Positions 62,498 to 64,000 of a DNA stretch of 64,000 nucleotides are shown in pieces (positions within the stretch are counted from its first letter, which is position 1; every line of letters begins with the position of its first letter). The stretch comes from Planctomycetota bacterium (lineage in GTDB: Bacteria > Planctomycetota > UBA1135 > UBA2386). The stretch is from the NCBI GenBank assembly GCA_947501605.1, contig CANMWZ010000002.1:160001-224000 (forward strand), read 5' to 3'. The translations under genes were made by a program, and so were the position numbers. Below the pieces are notes generated by a model. That model was not told the origin of the DNA. It worked only from the letters and a program-made list of their open reading frames with translations, and made no database searches.

Positions 62498-63508
62498 TTA
62501 GCGCGACCGCAACTGCAACAAGGCATCGGTCGGCACTGCGGTGCGCACGACCATCTGGATCTCGAGTACCTCGGCTTCCGGATCGACCGCGACCGAGGCG
62601 GTCGATTGCGCGATCCCGACGACATTGCCGCAGGCATCGACCACCGGCGCGCCCGAGGAGCCGCTGGCGAACTCGCAGGTGACTTGCAAGAACACGCGCC
62701 CTCGATCCGAGCCGACGGCCGCCAGCGCTTGGTGCCGATCGCCAACGCCTCCCGCCTCGGCCGCCGATTCTGGCACTGCTGTTCCGTCTGGCCTGGCTGT
62801 TCCGGGGGCCGGTCCACGGACCAGGTAGCGGCGCGCGATCGTGCCTGCAGTGAAGGTGGCGAAGAGGTGGTCCGGGTTCGAAAGGCAATACACCGGCTCG
62901 CCGGCCATCGCCCCCGGACGCAGCGGCAGCGGCACCAGGTTGCTCGCCGAGCAGCGCAGTACGGCCAGGTCGCTGCTGGCGTCGGCGGCAACGCACTCGG
63001 TGACCGCGAACACTTGGCCGTCGTAGCCGGCGACAAACGCGTAGGCGGGCGAGTCCTGTTGTTCCGCGTCGTCAGCGAGGACGTGGCAGCAGGTCGCCAC
63101 CAATCCGTCGCGGGCGACGGCAAAGCCCGTCGATGCACTCGCGTGCCAACCCGAGCATTCCTCGCAGTGGTAGTAGACGCCGACGAGAACAGTGCTCTGT
63201 AGCAACAGGTCGCGCAAGCGGGGCAGCGGCAGCGGTTCTGGGCGCAGTGGCGGCGACGCGAACGCGACGGTGCGTCCATCGGCAGCAGCGCGAACGCTCG
63301 CAACCGTGCGCAGTTCGCCCTTCAGGCGCAGAACCTCACACGCGGCCTCGATGCGCAGGAGCAGAGTGGCGTCGTCGATGACGTCCGGCGGTACCACCGG
63401 CACGGCCGCGGCCGAGATCGGCTCTGGCCTCTGCGCCGCCAACACGCTTGCCGAGAAACCGAACCAGAGAACGCAGAACGGGAGCAGCAGACTCAACGGT
63501 GCCTCCAT
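62498..63508 (-). CDS. Exported trypsin-like (S1C) serine protease
   Basis: STGFAV..TCCHV (His), SDLAVL (Asp), GSSGAPV (Ser). Confidence 0.85.
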   Translation of the reverse strand: MEAPLSLLLPFCVLWFGFSASVLAAQRPEPISAAAVPVVPPDVIDDATLLLRIEAACEVLRLKGELRTVASVRAAADGRTVAFASPPLRPEPLPLPRLRDLLLQSTVLVGVYYHCEECSGWHASASTGFAVARDGLVATCCHVLADDAEQQDSPAYAFVAGYDGQVFAVTECVAADASSDLAVLRCSASNLVPLPLRPGAMAGEPVYCLSNPDHLFATFTAGTIARRYLVRGPAPGTARPDGTAVPESAAEAGGVGDRHQALAAVGSDRGRVFLQVTCEFASGSSGAPVVDACGNVVGIAQSTASVAVDPEAEVLEIQMVVRTAVPTDALLQLRSR

Positions 63509-64000
63509 CGATCGAGGGCCACGGCGGCAACGATGATCGCGCCGACCAACACGTCCTGCCAATGGTCGGCGATGCCCAGTTGCGTGCATCCGGCTTTGAG
63601 CACGACGGTGAGCAAGGCGCCGACCACCGCACCGACCAGCGACCCTTCGCCGCCAGACAGGCTCGCGCCGCCGATGACTACGGCGGCGATCACTTGCAGT
63701 TCGAGCCCCGCCCCCGCCGTCGGCACGCCGCAGCCGAGCTCGCCAAACTGCAGCGCGCCCACCACGCCGGCACCCAGTCCGCACATGGCATACACCAGCA
63801 GGAGAGTGCGCTCGACGCAAACGCCGCAGAGACGTGCGTTCTCGGGGTTGGAACCGATGGCGACGACGTGCAGGCCAAAGACCGTCCGCCGCAGGACGAC
63901 GGCGCTGATCGCGAGCGCTGCCAGCAGGATCCACACCGCGGGGCCCACAAGCAGCCAAGGCGAGGCTGGCACAGCACGCACGCAGTCGGCGAGGAAGCCC
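63493..64000 (-). CDS. Sugar ABC transporter permease (RbsC-like), partial
   Basis: TVFGLHVVAIGSNPENARLCGV and ELQVIAAVVIGGASLSGGEG; 5' end lies beyond the window. Confidence 0.9.
   Translation of the reverse strand, partial: GFLADCVRAVPASPWLLVGPAVWILLAALAISAVVLRRTVFGLHVVAIGSNPENARLCGVCVERTLLLVYAMCGLGAGVVGALQFGELGCGVPTAGAGLELQVIAAVVIGGASLSGGEGSLVGAVVGALLTVVLKAGCTQLGIADHWQDVLVGAIIVAAVALDRWRHR

Overview
This is a high-GC, gene-dense bacterial chromosomal window with about 57 CDS. I found no rRNA, tRNA, CRISPR array or recognisable mobile element. The gene content suggests an uncultured Planctomycetota lineage (inference): three Hanks-type kinases, a kinase-linked ECF sigma factor, DUF1080, HEAT-repeat and secretin-like proteins, and lpxA/waaA. 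Housekeeping genes are a HelY-like helicase, rsmE, radC, recQ, trxC, ygfZ, a full isc operon (Rrf2-iscS-iscU-iscA-hscB-hscA-fdx), tkt, yebC, rplM-rpsI, pyk, metK, waaA, secA, pyrD, lspA, a dksA-like gene, xerD, lpxA, uvrB, uvrC and an M16 peptidase pair. The strongest leads are: (1) an 89-aa signal-bearing ORF upstream of secA ending in GGLPPSRAP, a candidate SecM-like ribosome-arrest sensor; (2) a module of FHA/TPR protein, kinase, ECF sigma (DAED changed to TAED), zinc anti-sigma-like protein and coiled-coil protein, preceded by a degenerate GGDEF protein; (3) a single-AAA ClpC-D2-like ATPase with an MGF loop and an unknown N-domain, divergent from a kinase; (4) a kinase with an HRDLSSRN catalytic loop that the ORF track missed; (5) a structured 460-bp region upstream of metK containing a 30-aa hydrophobic ORF; (6) repeated TANNNT boxes 6-8 nt before start codons, suggesting leaderless mRNAs. 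All calls come from reading motifs by eye; no database searches were run, and many start codons were re-chosen manually.
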